A stretch of 64,000 nt of DNA, taken from assembly GCA_021776055.1 (NCBI GenBank), contig JAJFGP010000142.1, positions 1,298 to 65,297 of the forward strand, written 5' to 3'. The notes beneath the pieces were generated by a model. It was not told the DNA's origin, ran no database searches, and was given only the letters and a program-made list of their open reading frames with translations. The first letter of the stretch is position 1; the number at the start of each line of letters is the position of its first letter. The position numbers and the translations under genes are program-made. This document shows, piece by piece, positions 36,409-46,239 of this stretch. This DNA comes from Kiloniellaceae bacterium (lineage in GTDB: Bacteria > Pseudomonadota > Alphaproteobacteria > Kiloniellales > J153).

Positions 36409-36575
36409 GAAACGAGGGGAAAACACGTTCTCCATCAATGTGTTATCTCAATAGACACAGTGGCCGATATTTCGCCCGCGAGGCCCGAATTGGCAAAATT
36501 GACCATGCGGTGGGGCCGGTCCCTGCGCTATACTTCGAGTCGGGGCGAAGGCGATTAGGAAAACAGGAGCCGTAC

Positions 36576-39500
36576 TTGACGGGACGGCGCATATTTGGGC
36601 GCTGGTCTGATGGGGCGGGGGGCATCGGAAGCCGGATCTTGATCGCGGTCCTTGTGGGCGGCGGTCTTGGCCTGCTTTACGAGCTAAAAACGTCCACCCT
36701 CCAGGCCGACATCTTTTCATTTTTTGCCCGCAACCTCGTTTTCGAGCTAGCGGACGGACCCAATCCAGCGGCCCGATACCCGAGCCATGGGCCCTATAAT
36801 GCACGGCTGGGCTATGACCGGCTGGGTACGATGGTCGGCAAGCTGAGCGAGCAGTCCCATGCCGTCACGGTGCAAACCCGCCTATCGCCGGAGCTTGACC
36901 GCCTGGTGGCCCGCGGCGGCTTTGCCGTCTACCGGGAAAAGACGCAAGCCGGCCTGACGGTTGTCGACCGCGACCGGAAATCCCTGTTCACGGCGCGCTA
37001 TCCGACACGCGCCTATGGCAACTTTGCCGAGATACCATCGGTCCTGGTTAGGACGTTGCTCTTTATCGAGGATCGCGATCTTCTGAGCTCCCGGCCGATG
37101 CGCAATCCGGCTATCGACTGGAGCCGCATGCCGGTGGTGGCCAACGCCCTGTTCCGCCGCATTTGGGACAAGCAAGCGGATGTCCCCGGCGGCAGCACCC
37201 TGGCCACCCAGATCGAAAAATACCGCCATTCGCCCGGCGGCCAGACCGCGAGCGGGGGCGAGAAACTGCGGCAGATGTTGGCGGCTACCCAGCGCGCTTA
37301 TCTGGACGGGCCGGAGACCATGACCCGGCGCCGGCAGATCGTTATCGACTACCTGAACTCAACGCCGCTCTCGGCGCGGCCCGGATTTGGCGAGGTGAAT
37401 GGCCTGGGCGACGGGCTCGAGGCCTGGTACGGCACGGACTTCCAGGCCGCCAACCGGCTGCTGCGGCAGATACCCGGCAGCCACGATCCGTTGGACAGTC
37501 TCTTGTATCTGACGGCCGGCTACGCCGGGAATAGTGCCGCTACGGCACCGCCGGAGGCGCTGCTCATGCAAGCACGCATCTACAAGCAAGCCTTGAGCTT
37601 GCTGCTCGCACAGCGCCGGCCGTCGGGCTTCCTCCTCAGCGAGCAGGCCGCCCTGCGCCGCTTGACCGACGCGCATCTGCGCGTTCTTGCCGCCGCCGAC
37701 GTTATCAGCCCAGCCTTGCGCGACGCGGCCTTGCCATTACCGCTGAACATCGGCCCGGTGGCCGCCGGCGCCGAGACGGCAAGCGAAGCCAAAAGCAAGA
37801 TTCAACGCACCCTGCGCGCCGATCTTGTGTCCCTGCTGGGCGAGCCCAACCTCTACAGCCTCGATCGGATCGACCTGACAGCCCGCTCAACGGTCGACGG
37901 CCCGGTGCAGGAAGCGGTCGCCGAGATTGTGCAACGGCTGGCCGATCCGGAGTTTGCCGCGGCGCAAGGATTGACCGGCCGGCGCCTGCTTGGCAGCGGC
38001 GATCCCGCGAAACTGGCCTACAGCGTGACCTTGTTCGAACGCGGCCGAAGCGCCAACTACCTGCGCGTCCGAGTCGACAATCAGGATCGTCCCCTGGATT
38101 TCAACACCGGCGCCAAGCTGGACCTGGGCTCAACCGCCAAGCTGCGCACATTGGCGACCTACCTGCAGGCGGTTGCCACCTTGCACGAACGTTATGCGGC
38201 GCTGGAGCCGGCGCAGCTTGCCGCCGCCATTGCGGGCCGCAGCGATACCCTCACCCTGTGGGCGGCCCGGTATTTGCGCACCGCCCGTGACCGCGATCTG
38301 GCGACGATGTTGCACGCCGCCATGCAGCGCCGCTATTCCGCCAATCCGAACGAACGCTTCTTTACCGGCGGCGGGCAGCATACCTTCGCCAACTTCGATC
38401 CGAAGGACAATGTCCGCACCTTCACGGTGGCTAATGCTTTGCGCAACTCCATCAACCTGCCGTTCATCCGCTTGATGCGCGACATCGTCGGCTTTTATAC
38501 GCGTGAGGCTCAGCAGAACACCGATGCGTTGCTGCGCGACCACAAGAACCCGGACCGCGAGGACTATCTGGTGCGCTTCGCCGACCGGGAGGGCAGCACG
38601 TTCCTTAGAAAGTTCCACGCGGTCTACCGGGGCAAGACCCGCGACGAGATTCTCGCTATCGCAACCAGCCGGGCCCGGCAGCGGCCGAACGCCCTGGCGG
38701 TCGTCTTTCGCTCGATCAACCCGAAGGCCAATGTCGAGGAATTTGCCACATTCATCGCGGCGCAAGGTTCGGGGCAGGCAATCGGCGAGGCCGCGATCAG
38801 CAAGATCTATGGCAACTTCTCAGCGGACAACTGGTCTCTGGCCGACCGCGGGTATATCGCCCGTCTGCACCCGCTCGAACTTTGGTTGGCCGGCTACCTC
38901 TACGTCAATCCGGCAGCGACCAGCAGCGAAGTCATCGCCGCCAGCGAGGTTCAGCGGCGCGAGGCCTATACCTGGCTCTTCGGCGCCAAACGCTGGCGGG
39001 CACAGGATACCCGCATCCGCATCGTTCTGGAGGAAGAGGCCTTCGAGCTGATTCACGCCATCTGGAAGAAAACGGGCTATCCATTCGACAGCCTGGTCCC
39101 GTCGCTGGCCACGGCCCTGGGCAGCTCCGCCGACCGCCCGTCTGCCCTAGCCGAACTCATGGGTCTGATCATCAATGATGGCGTGCGCTTGCCGGTCGTG
39201 CGCTTCGATGAACTGCACTTCGCCGAAGGCACACCGTATGAGGTGAAGCTGACGGCGGCACCGGCGCCCGGCGAGCGGGTGTTTCCGCCGGAGGTCGCCG
39301 CTACCCTGAAAGATGCCTTGCTAGACGTAGTCGAGAACGGCACCGGGCGCCGCGCGCGTGGCGCCATCGCGGGTCCAGACGGCGAGGCCTTGCCCATCGG
39401 TGGCAAAACCGGCACCGGCGATGACCGGGCCAAGCGGTTCGTCGGCAGCCGCTTGGTCTCCTCGACCGTGCTCAACCGCAACGCCTGTCTCGTGTTCTTC

Positions 39501-39692
39501 ATCGGTGATCGGTATTTCGGCACCATCGTCGCGCACGTGAAGGGCGCCGAGGCAGCCAACTACCAATTCACCAGCGCCCTGCCTGCCCAGATTCTCAAGA
39601 TTCTAGGACCGGCGCTGGCACCGCTGTTCCAGCGGGCCGATCGGTACGCGGCAGACAATTTCCCCGGTGCCGCGCAAGCAGAACTGCGCTAG
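36576..39692 (+). CDS. Very large bifunctional class A penicillin-binding protein (transglycosylase plus transpeptidase)
   Basis: IEDRD, GGSTLATQ, STAK (SxxK), SIN (SxN), GGKTGTG; N-terminal TM; TTG 36576 follows AGGAG (the ORF is open from 36438). Confidence 0.88.
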   Translation: MTGRRIFGRWSDGAGGIGSRILIAVLVGGGLGLLYELKTSTLQADIFSFFARNLVFELADGPNPAARYPSHGPYNARLGYDRLGTMVGKLSEQSHAVTVQTRLSPELDRLVARGGFAVYREKTQAGLTVVDRDRKSLFTARYPTRAYGNFAEIPSVLVRTLLFIEDRDLLSSRPMRNPAIDWSRMPVVANALFRRIWDKQADVPGGSTLATQIEKYRHSPGGQTASGGEKLRQMLAATQRAYLDGPETMTRRRQIVIDYLNSTPLSARPGFGEVNGLGDGLEAWYGTDFQAANRLLRQIPGSHDPLDSLLYLTAGYAGNSAATAPPEALLMQARIYKQALSLLLAQRRPSGFLLSEQAALRRLTDAHLRVLAAADVISPALRDAALPLPLNIGPVAAGAETASEAKSKIQRTLRADLVSLLGEPNLYSLDRIDLTARSTVDGPVQEAVAEIVQRLADPEFAAAQGLTGRRLLGSGDPAKLAYSVTLFERGRSANYLRVRVDNQDRPLDFNTGAKLDLGSTAKLRTLATYLQAVATLHERYAALEPAQLAAAIAGRSDTLTLWAARYLRTARDRDLATMLHAAMQRRYSANPNERFFTGGGQHTFANFDPKDNVRTFTVANALRNSINLPFIRLMRDIVGFYTREAQQNTDALLRDHKNPDREDYLVRFADREGSTFLRKFHAVYRGKTRDEILAIATSRARQRPNALAVVFRSINPKANVEEFATFIAAQGSGQAIGEAAISKIYGNFSADNWSLADRGYIARLHPLELWLAGYLYVNPAATSSEVIAASEVQRREAYTWLFGAKRWRAQDTRIRIVLEEEAFELIHAIWKKTGYPFDSLVPSLATALGSSADRPSALAELMGLIINDGVRLPVVRFDELHFAEGTPYEVKLTAAPAPGERVFPPEVAATLKDALLDVVENGTGRRARGAIAGPDGEALPIGGKTGTGDDRAKRFVGSRLVSSTVLNRNACLVFFIGDRYFGTIVAHVKGAEAANYQFTSALPAQILKILGPALAPLFQRADRYAADNFPGAAQAELR

Positions 39693-39699
39693 AGCGGAT

Positions 39700-40455
39700 T
39701 CAGCCCCAGGGGCCGCGCAAGTTACTGCGCCCACGCGGCCGTGGAGAAGCGGCACGCGCACGCCGCAGTCCACCGAAAAGAGGGAAGCGCTTGTCGCGGA
39801 AAGGGGTAATGAGAATCAGCCCGGCGACAAAGCCACCAACATGGGCCCAAGTGGCAACGCCCCCAGGGGCGCCCGTGCCACTCATGGTCGACAAGAAGAA
39901 TTGCAGCGCAAACCAGATGCCAAGCACCACAAGCGCAGGTATGCGCATGGTGAAAAAGATGATCCCCAATGGTACGAGAACCAGAATTCGGGCGCGCGGA
40001 AAGAGCATAATGTAGCCGCCCAGGATGCCGCCAATGGCACCGCTGGCGCCGATCATCGGCACGACGGAGGCCGGGTCCTGCACCGCCTGGGTCAACGCCG
40101 CCGCGACACCGCAGAGCAAATAGAAAAAGATGAAACGCCCATGCCCCATGGAGTCTTCGATGTTGTTACCGAAGATCCAGAGGTAAAGCATGTTGCCGAG
40201 CAGATGCAGCCAGCCGCCATGCATGAACATCGACGTAAGCAATGATGCAGTTGCTGGAATCGTAGCCAAGGTGGCCGGCAACTCGGCATCCCCGAAAAGA
40301 ACCGCCGGGATCATGCCAAAGGCATAAACGGCGATCTGTGCATCCCGCTCTGACAAGGATATCTGCCAGAAGAATACCAAGACACAAGCAACGATCAGCG
40401 CAATCGTGACCAGCGGCCGGATCGAGGTCGGATTATCATCATGCAGCGGGATCAT
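39700..40455 (-). CDS. Rhomboid family intramembrane serine protease
   Basis: MIPLHDDNP, FMHGGWLHLLGNMLYLWIFG, GASG, WAHVGGF. Confidence 0.96.
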   Translation of the reverse strand: MIPLHDDNPTSIRPLVTIALIVACVLVFFWQISLSERDAQIAVYAFGMIPAVLFGDAELPATLATIPATASLLTSMFMHGGWLHLLGNMLYLWIFGNNIEDSMGHGRFIFFYLLCGVAAALTQAVQDPASVVPMIGASGAIGGILGGYIMLFPRARILVLVPLGIIFFTMRIPALVVLGIWFALQFFLSTMSGTGAPGGVATWAHVGGFVAGLILITPFRDKRFPLFGGLRRARAASPRPRGRSNLRGPWG

Positions 40456-40508
40456 AGGCGGCCCCGAAGATTCACGTTGCGCGCACGGGGACGGCGCCTG
40501 GGCGGAAA

Positions 40509-40584
<76 letters not shown>

Positions 40585-40806
40585 ATGCGACCTCTTCAGC
40601 CGCGCGCCCTATAGCCGGCGGCCCGGGTCTGGGTGGCGCGGATAATGGGAACATCCCCCAGCCCTGTCAAGCAAGCCCTGGCAAGCCCGCATGGGCGGCG
40701 GCCGCGCCTTGTCTCCCGCCGGTGGCACGGTTAGGCTAGCGCCCGATTCGGCGCCGAGTCGCGCCGGATTCGGTGTCTCAACTGGGTAGAATAGATAGGC
40801 TGGACG

Positions 40807-41115
40807 ATGATCATCCTCGATCCCCTGCTGCGCGTGTTTATGATCGCTATCGATCTCTACATTTGGGCAGTGATCATTTCGGCCATTCTGTCCTGGCTGG
40901 TGCACTTCGGGGTGGTCAATACCCGCAACCAGTTCGTCTCGATGATCGGCGAGTTCCTGTGGCGCATAACCGAGCCGGCATTGCGCCCGATCCGCCGTTT
41001 CGTGCCCAAGTTTGGCGGTGTCGACATCTCGCCGATCGTGCTCATTTTGGCCCTTATGTTCGTGCAGATGGTGATCGGCAACATCCATCGATCCATGGTC
41101 ATGCGTGCCCTCTGA
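40807..41115 (+). CDS. YggT family membrane protein
   Basis: ILSWLVHFGVVN, ITEPALRPIRR, GGVDISP. Confidence 0.95.
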   Translation: MIILDPLLRVFMIAIDLYIWAVIISAILSWLVHFGVVNTRNQFVSMIGEFLWRITEPALRPIRRFVPKFGGVDISPIVLILALMFVQMVIGNIHRSMVMRAL

Positions 41116-41458
41116 GCCTGAGGCAAATCCGAGCCCTCTGAGCATCTCGGCCGCCGGTCTGCGGGTGGCGCTGCGCGTCCAGCCAGGCGCAAGCCGGACT
41201 GGCATCGACGGAACCAAGGTACTCGACGACGGCCATATGGTCATAGCTCTTCGGGTGAGCGCCCCGGCCGAGGGCGGCAAGGCCAACGCCGCGGTTATCA
41301 AGCTGTTGGCCAAGACCTGGAAAATTCCGAAAAGCGCCATCGAGGTGATCGCCGGCCATGGCGACCGGCGCAAAACCGTGCTGATCGCGGGCGATGCAGC
41401 GGCTTTGCAGATACACGTGCAGGCGTGGCTCGACGGGCGTCGGATATGCGGTCCCTGA
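41105..41458 (+). CDS. DUF167 (YggU) family protein
   Basis: LRVQPGASR, VSAPAEGGKANAA, GDRRKTV. Confidence 0.93.
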   Translation: MPSEPEANPSPLSISAAGLRVALRVQPGASRTGIDGTKVLDDGHMVIALRVSAPAEGGKANAAVIKLLAKTWKIPKSAIEVIAGHGDRRKTVLIAGDAAALQIHVQAWLDGRRICGP

Positions 41459-41535
41459 AGGCGGTTTTGGAACGGCGGGAGTAGAGCCGGAACCGCACAA
41501 TGCGGCGGTTTTCAACATATGATGAGGGATAAGCG

Positions 41536-42435
41536 ATGGCGGATGCGAAAATCATAGACGGCAAGGCCTTTGCCGCGGCCTTGCGCGGGCGCATCGCCAC
41601 CGCCGTCGGCGAGATCAAACAGGCACACGGCCTGACCCCTGGCCTGGTCGTGGTCCTGGTGGGCGAAAATCCGGCCAGCCAGGTCTATGTGCGCAACAAG
41701 GCGCGGCAGACCGAGGAGGTCGGCATGGCGTCCTTCGAGCACAAGCTGCCCGCCGACACCGGCCAGGACGAGTTGATGGCCCTCATTGCCAAGCTCAACA
41801 AAGATCCGGCGATCAACGGCATCCTGGTGCAATTGCCGCTTCCCAAGCAAATCGACGAGCAAGCGGTGATCGCCGCCATCGATCCGGCCAAGGATGTGGA
41901 TGGCTTCCATGTGATCAACACCGGCCGCCTGGCGACCGGCGGCAGCGGTGCGTCGGCGCCGCTCATCCCCTGCACACCGCTCGGCTGCCTGATGATGCTC
42001 AAGGACCATCTGGGGGACCTGACCGGTATGCCGGCGGTGGTGGTCGGCCGCTCCAACATTGTCGGCAAACCGATGGCCCAGCTTCTGCTGCGCGAGCATT
42101 GCACGGTGACCATCGCCCATTCCCGGACCCGGGACCTGCCAGCCGTCTGCCGGGGCGCGGAGATCCTGATCGCCGCCGTGGGCCGGCCCGAGATGATCCG
42201 CGGCGATTGGATTCGCCCCGGGGCGACCGTCATCGACGTGGGCATCAACCGCATCGAGGGGGAGGGCGGCAAGACCCGCCTGGTGGGCGATGTCGCCACC
42301 GGCGAAGCGCGCAGCATCGCCGGCGCGATAACGCCCGTCCCCGGCGGCGTTGGACCGATGACCATCGCCTGCCTGCTGGCCAATACGGTAACCGCGACCT
42401 GCCGCCAGGCCGGCGTCCCGGCCCCCGAATTCTAG
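41536..42435 (+). CDS. folD: Methylenetetrahydrofolate dehydrogenase/cyclohydrolase
   Basis: [42 protein letters not shown]. Confidence 0.98.
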   Translation: MADAKIIDGKAFAAALRGRIATAVGEIKQAHGLTPGLVVVLVGENPASQVYVRNKARQTEEVGMASFEHKLPADTGQDELMALIAKLNKDPAINGILVQLPLPKQIDEQAVIAAIDPAKDVDGFHVINTGRLATGGSGASAPLIPCTPLGCLMMLKDHLGDLTGMPAVVVGRSNIVGKPMAQLLLREHCTVTIAHSRTRDLPAVCRGAEILIAAVGRPEMIRGDWIRPGATVIDVGINRIEGEGGKTRLVGDVATGEARSIAGAITPVPGGVGPMTIACLLANTVTATCRQAGVPAPEF

Positions 42436-42440
42436 TCCTT

Positions 42441-42508
42441 CCGGGTCGGAAAGCCCATGATTGGCCTTGCGATTGACCATGGACGCCGGGTCGGAAACCA
42501 ACCATGAT
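42441..42508 (+). repeat. Direct repeat CCGGGTCGGAAA-N2/4-CCATGAT (2 copies, 45 bp apart)
   Basis: Copies at 42441-42461 and 42486-42508 upstream of the Dpp-type operon. Confidence 0.8.
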
Positions 42509-42634
42509 ACGTGTCCAACCTGGGGATTAAAGCCCAGAACGGATTAGAATTTGTCGGCGGGCCTGGGAGCACGACCAAAAGCGGCAGAATTGCCGCAACC
42601 GGCCCAAAGCCGACGACACAGGGAGATAATGATT

Positions 42635-44221
42635 ATGAGAAAACTACTCGCAAGTTTGGCTTTCCTGGCGCTGGCCGTCAGCGGCGGCCAGGCGACGGCG
42701 GAGACGCCGAAAGATACCCTCATTGTAGCCAAGGACATCAGCGACACCATCACGCTCGACCCGGCGGAGGTGTTCGAATTCACCGGCGGCGAGGTTATCG
42801 CCAACGTCTATGACCGCGTCATGATGTTCGAGCCTGAGGATTTGGGCACGCTGGTGGGCGGCGTCGCCGAGAGCTTTGATATCAGCGCCGACGGCAAGAC
42901 CGTCACTCTCAAGATACGAGCCGGGCAAAAGTTTCATTCGGGCAACCCGGTCACCGCCGAGGATGTGGCCTTTTCGCTCCGGCGGGTCATCAAGCTGAAC
43001 AAGACGCCCGCCTTCATCTTCACTCAGTTCGGCTGGGATGCGGAGAACGTGGACGACCTGGTTAAGGCGACGGACGCCATGACCGTTGTTCTGACAATCA
43101 ACGCGGAATTCTCACCAGGACTGGTGCTCAACGCGCTGCAAGCCGGCGTCGGCTCCGTGGTCGACAAGACGTTGGTCATGGCCAACGAAAAGGACGGCGA
43201 TCTCGGCTACGAGTGGTTGAAAAACCATAGCGCCGGCTCAGGCGCCTTCTCGCTCAAGGCTTGGAATGCAAACGAGTTGATTACCCTTGAGGCCAACGCG
43301 GACTACCGCATGGGCGCCCCTGGCGTGAAGCGGGTCATTATCCGCCACGTGCCCGAACCTTCGGCCCAGCGACTGCTGATCGAAAAGGGCGATGTCGATC
43401 TCGCGCGCAACCTGCAACCGGACCAGATCAAGGGCTTGGATGGCAACACCGACGTCGTGATCGGCAAATACCCCAAGGCAGGGCTGACCTACATGGCCAC
43501 CAACGACGCCCACGAGATTCTGGGCAACCCCCAGGTGCGTCTCGCCATGCGCTATCTCATTGATTACGAGGGCATGGTCAACTCGTTCCTGGCCGGCGAG
43601 TACAAGATCCACCAGGCGGTGTGGCCGTCGGGCCTCTGGGGTTCCTACGACGAGACTCCGTTCACGCTCGACGTCGCGAAGGCCAAGGCGATGCTTGCCG
43701 AGGCTGGGTATCCGGATGGCTTCAAGATCAAGATCGATACCTTGACCGAAGCTCCCTTCTCCGAGATCGCTCAGTCGATCCAACAGAGTCTCGCGAAGGC
43801 CGGCATCGAGTCCGAGATCACGCTCTCGGAGGGCAAGACCCTGTGGCCGAAATATCGGGCGCGCAAGCACGAGATCATTGTCGCGCGCTGGTCGCCCGAC
43901 TACATCGATCCGCACTCCAACACCGACTCTTTCGCCCACAATCCGGACAACCGTCTGGAGGCGAAGCTGACCGGCAAGCTGGCCTGGCGCAACGCCTGGT
44001 CCGACCCGGAGATCAACGCGCTCACCGAAGCCTCGGCCAAGGAGCTGGATCTAACCAAGCGCAAGCAAATGTACGCTGATCTGCAACAAAAGATGCAGGC
44101 GGTTTCGCCGTTTTCCGTCATGTTCCAGCGCAGCGAGCAAGTCGTGCGGCGTAAGAATGTGAAGGGTTTCGTAAGCGGCTCCAATTTCGATCTGGTCTTC
44201 TACCGCAACGTCACGAAGTAA
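42635..44221 (+). CDS. Dpp/Opp/Ddp-type ABC substrate-binding protein
   Basis: Signal peptide; TLDPAE, FHSGNPVTAEDV, GSGAF; start 42629 or 42635. Confidence 0.94.
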   Translation: MRKLLASLAFLALAVSGGQATAETPKDTLIVAKDISDTITLDPAEVFEFTGGEVIANVYDRVMMFEPEDLGTLVGGVAESFDISADGKTVTLKIRAGQKFHSGNPVTAEDVAFSLRRVIKLNKTPAFIFTQFGWDAENVDDLVKATDAMTVVLTINAEFSPGLVLNALQAGVGSVVDKTLVMANEKDGDLGYEWLKNHSAGSGAFSLKAWNANELITLEANADYRMGAPGVKRVIIRHVPEPSAQRLLIEKGDVDLARNLQPDQIKGLDGNTDVVIGKYPKAGLTYMATNDAHEILGNPQVRLAMRYLIDYEGMVNSFLAGEYKIHQAVWPSGLWGSYDETPFTLDVAKAKAMLAEAGYPDGFKIKIDTLTEAPFSEIAQSIQQSLAKAGIESEITLSEGKTLWPKYRARKHEIIVARWSPDYIDPHSNTDSFAHNPDNRLEAKLTGKLAWRNAWSDPEINALTEASAKELDLTKRKQMYADLQQKMQAVSPFSVMFQRSEQVVRRKNVKGFVSGSNFDLVFYRNVTK

Positions 44222-44236
44222 CCTTCGAGTACCGCT

Positions 44237-45301
44237 GTGGCAAATAGCGGCGGCTCAATTGTACCGGGGACGGGCCTAGGCCCGTCCCCGCATCTTTTGG
44301 CCGCCAGGGCGGCAAACCTTCTTTTCACGCTTACGCTGACCTTTGTCGGTCTCACAGCCATCACCTTCATCATCGGAAGGGTCATGCCCGCCGATCCGGT
44401 TTTGTCGATCGTCGGCGACCGCGCGTCCAAGGAAGTCTACGAGGCCATGTACATCGAGCTTGGCCTCGATAAGCCACTCATTCAGCAATATCTGATTTAC
44501 TTGATGAACGTGCTGCAGGGTGATTTCGGCAAGTCGATCATGACCACCCGGCCGGTGCTGGACGATATTATCCGTTTCTTCCCGGCCACTTTCGAGCTGG
44601 CAAGTGTGGCCACCATCGCCGGCATCCTCATCGGCGTGCCCATGGGCGTGGTCGCCGCCGTGCACCAGGGCCGGCTGATCGATCACATCGTGCGCGTCGT
44701 GGGACTGATCGGCTATTCCGTGCCGATCTTCTGGCTCGGCCTTGTCTCGCTCCTGATTTTCTACGGGTGGCTCGGATGGCTGCCCGGACCCGGCCGCATC
44801 GAGGTCTATTACGACGGCATCGTTGACCCGACAACGGGGTTCATCCTGATCGATTCAGCCATGCAGAAGGAGTGGGAGATTTTCCGTAACGCGCTGTCTC
44901 ACATTGTGTTGCCGGCATCCATGCTGACAACTTTCGCACTCGCCTATATCGCGCGTATGACGCGCAGCTTCATGCTGGATCAGTTGAACCAGGAGTACGT
45001 CATCACCGCGCGCGTCAAGGGTCTATCCGAATTGGCGGTGATCTGGCGTCATGCCTTCCGCAACGTGCTCATTCAGTTGATCACCATCATCGGCCTGACT
45101 TACGCCTCGCTTCTGGAAGGCTCGGTGCTCACTGAAACCGTTTTCGCCTGGCCCGGCATCGGCCAGTACATCACCAATTCCCTGTTCAACGCGGACATGA
45201 ACGCGGTGATCGGTGGCACGGTGGTGGTCGGCATCTGCTTTGTGGGAATCAACATGATCTCCGATGCACTTTACCGAATCGTCGATCCCAGGGCGCGGTA
45301 A
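44237..45301 (+). CDS. Dpp-type ABC permease (DppB-like)
   Basis: LGLDKPL, GDFGKS, ARMTRS, ETVFAWPGIG. Confidence 0.94.
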   Translation: MANSGGSIVPGTGLGPSPHLLAARAANLLFTLTLTFVGLTAITFIIGRVMPADPVLSIVGDRASKEVYEAMYIELGLDKPLIQQYLIYLMNVLQGDFGKSIMTTRPVLDDIIRFFPATFELASVATIAGILIGVPMGVVAAVHQGRLIDHIVRVVGLIGYSVPIFWLGLVSLLIFYGWLGWLPGPGRIEVYYDGIVDPTTGFILIDSAMQKEWEIFRNALSHIVLPASMLTTFALAYIARMTRSFMLDQLNQEYVITARVKGLSELAVIWRHAFRNVLIQLITIIGLTYASLLEGSVLTETVFAWPGIGQYITNSLFNADMNAVIGGTVVVGICFVGINMISDALYRIVDPRAR

Positions 45302-46239
45302 TGAGCAGTGGCACCACAGCTACCCCGAACTCATCCCGGCGACTGAAAGCCTGGTTGCTTTCCGACTCGCCCGAGTCGGTCTTCCACGCCCGCTGCCAGC
45401 GCTTTTACCTCGGCTGGCGCGCCTTCAGCACTAACCCGATCGCCATGATCGGGCTCTTGATCATCGTCTCCCTGGTGTTGACCGCCGCCTTCGCACCGCT
45501 CCTGACCCAGGGCAATGGAACCGAGCAGCATCTGTCCGACCGCTTGTTGGCGCCAAGCGGGGACCATTGGCTCGGCACCGATGAGCTGGGGCGCGACATC
45601 TACGAGCGTATCGTCTGGGGCGCGCGCATCACGCTCTACATTGTCGGTCTGGTCGGTATCTTGGTCGTCCCCATCGGGCTGGTGATCGGCACCGTGGCCG
45701 GCTATGTGGGCGGCTGGGTGGATAACGTGCTCATGCGCTTCACCGATATCTTCCTGGCCTTTCCGCGGCTCATCCTAGCGCTCGCCTTCGTCTCGGCGCT
45801 CGGTCCCGGCATCGAGAACGCGGTGCTTGCCATCGCGTTGACGACCTGGTCGCCCTATGCCCGCTTGGCGCGCGCCGAGACCATCACCATTCGCAACAGC
45901 GAATACATCATGGCGGCGCGCCTGCAGGGCGCCTCGGGTCTGCGTATCCTCTACGGCCACATCGCGCCGCTCTGCATTTCCTCGGTGATCATCCGCCTGA
46001 CGCTGGACATGGCGGGCATCATCCTGACCGCGGCGGGATTGGGTTTCCTGGGCCTGGGCGCTCAGCCACCCCTGCCCGAGTGGGGGGCTATGATCTCGAC
46101 GGGCCGCCAGTACCTTCTCGATCAATGGTGGGTCGCGACCATCCCCGGCATCGCCATCTTCGTCGTCAGCCTGGGATTTAACTTGCTGGGCGACGGGCTG
46201 CGAGACGTGCTCGATCCGAAAAGCGGGAGCGCGGGATGA
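45301..46239 (+). CDS. Dpp-type ABC permease (DppC-like)
   Basis: HWLGTDELGRD, GLGAQPPLPEWG, NLLGDGLRD. Confidence 0.95.
   Translation: MSSGTTATPNSSRRLKAWLLSDSPESVFHARCQRFYLGWRAFSTNPIAMIGLLIIVSLVLTAAFAPLLTQGNGTEQHLSDRLLAPSGDHWLGTDELGRDIYERIVWGARITLYIVGLVGILVVPIGLVIGTVAGYVGGWVDNVLMRFTDIFLAFPRLILALAFVSALGPGIENAVLAIALTTWSPYARLARAETITIRNSEYIMAARLQGASGLRILYGHIAPLCISSVIIRLTLDMAGIILTAAGLGFLGLGAQPPLPEWGAMISTGRQYLLDQWWVATIPGIAIFVVSLGFNLLGDGLRDVLDPKSGSAG

Noticed and set aside
39667-40245. 192-aa ORF and other long antisense ORFs (20279..21583, 31400..32605, 41512..42501, 59252..60442)
   Set aside because: Typical high-GC shadow frames opposite well-supported genes
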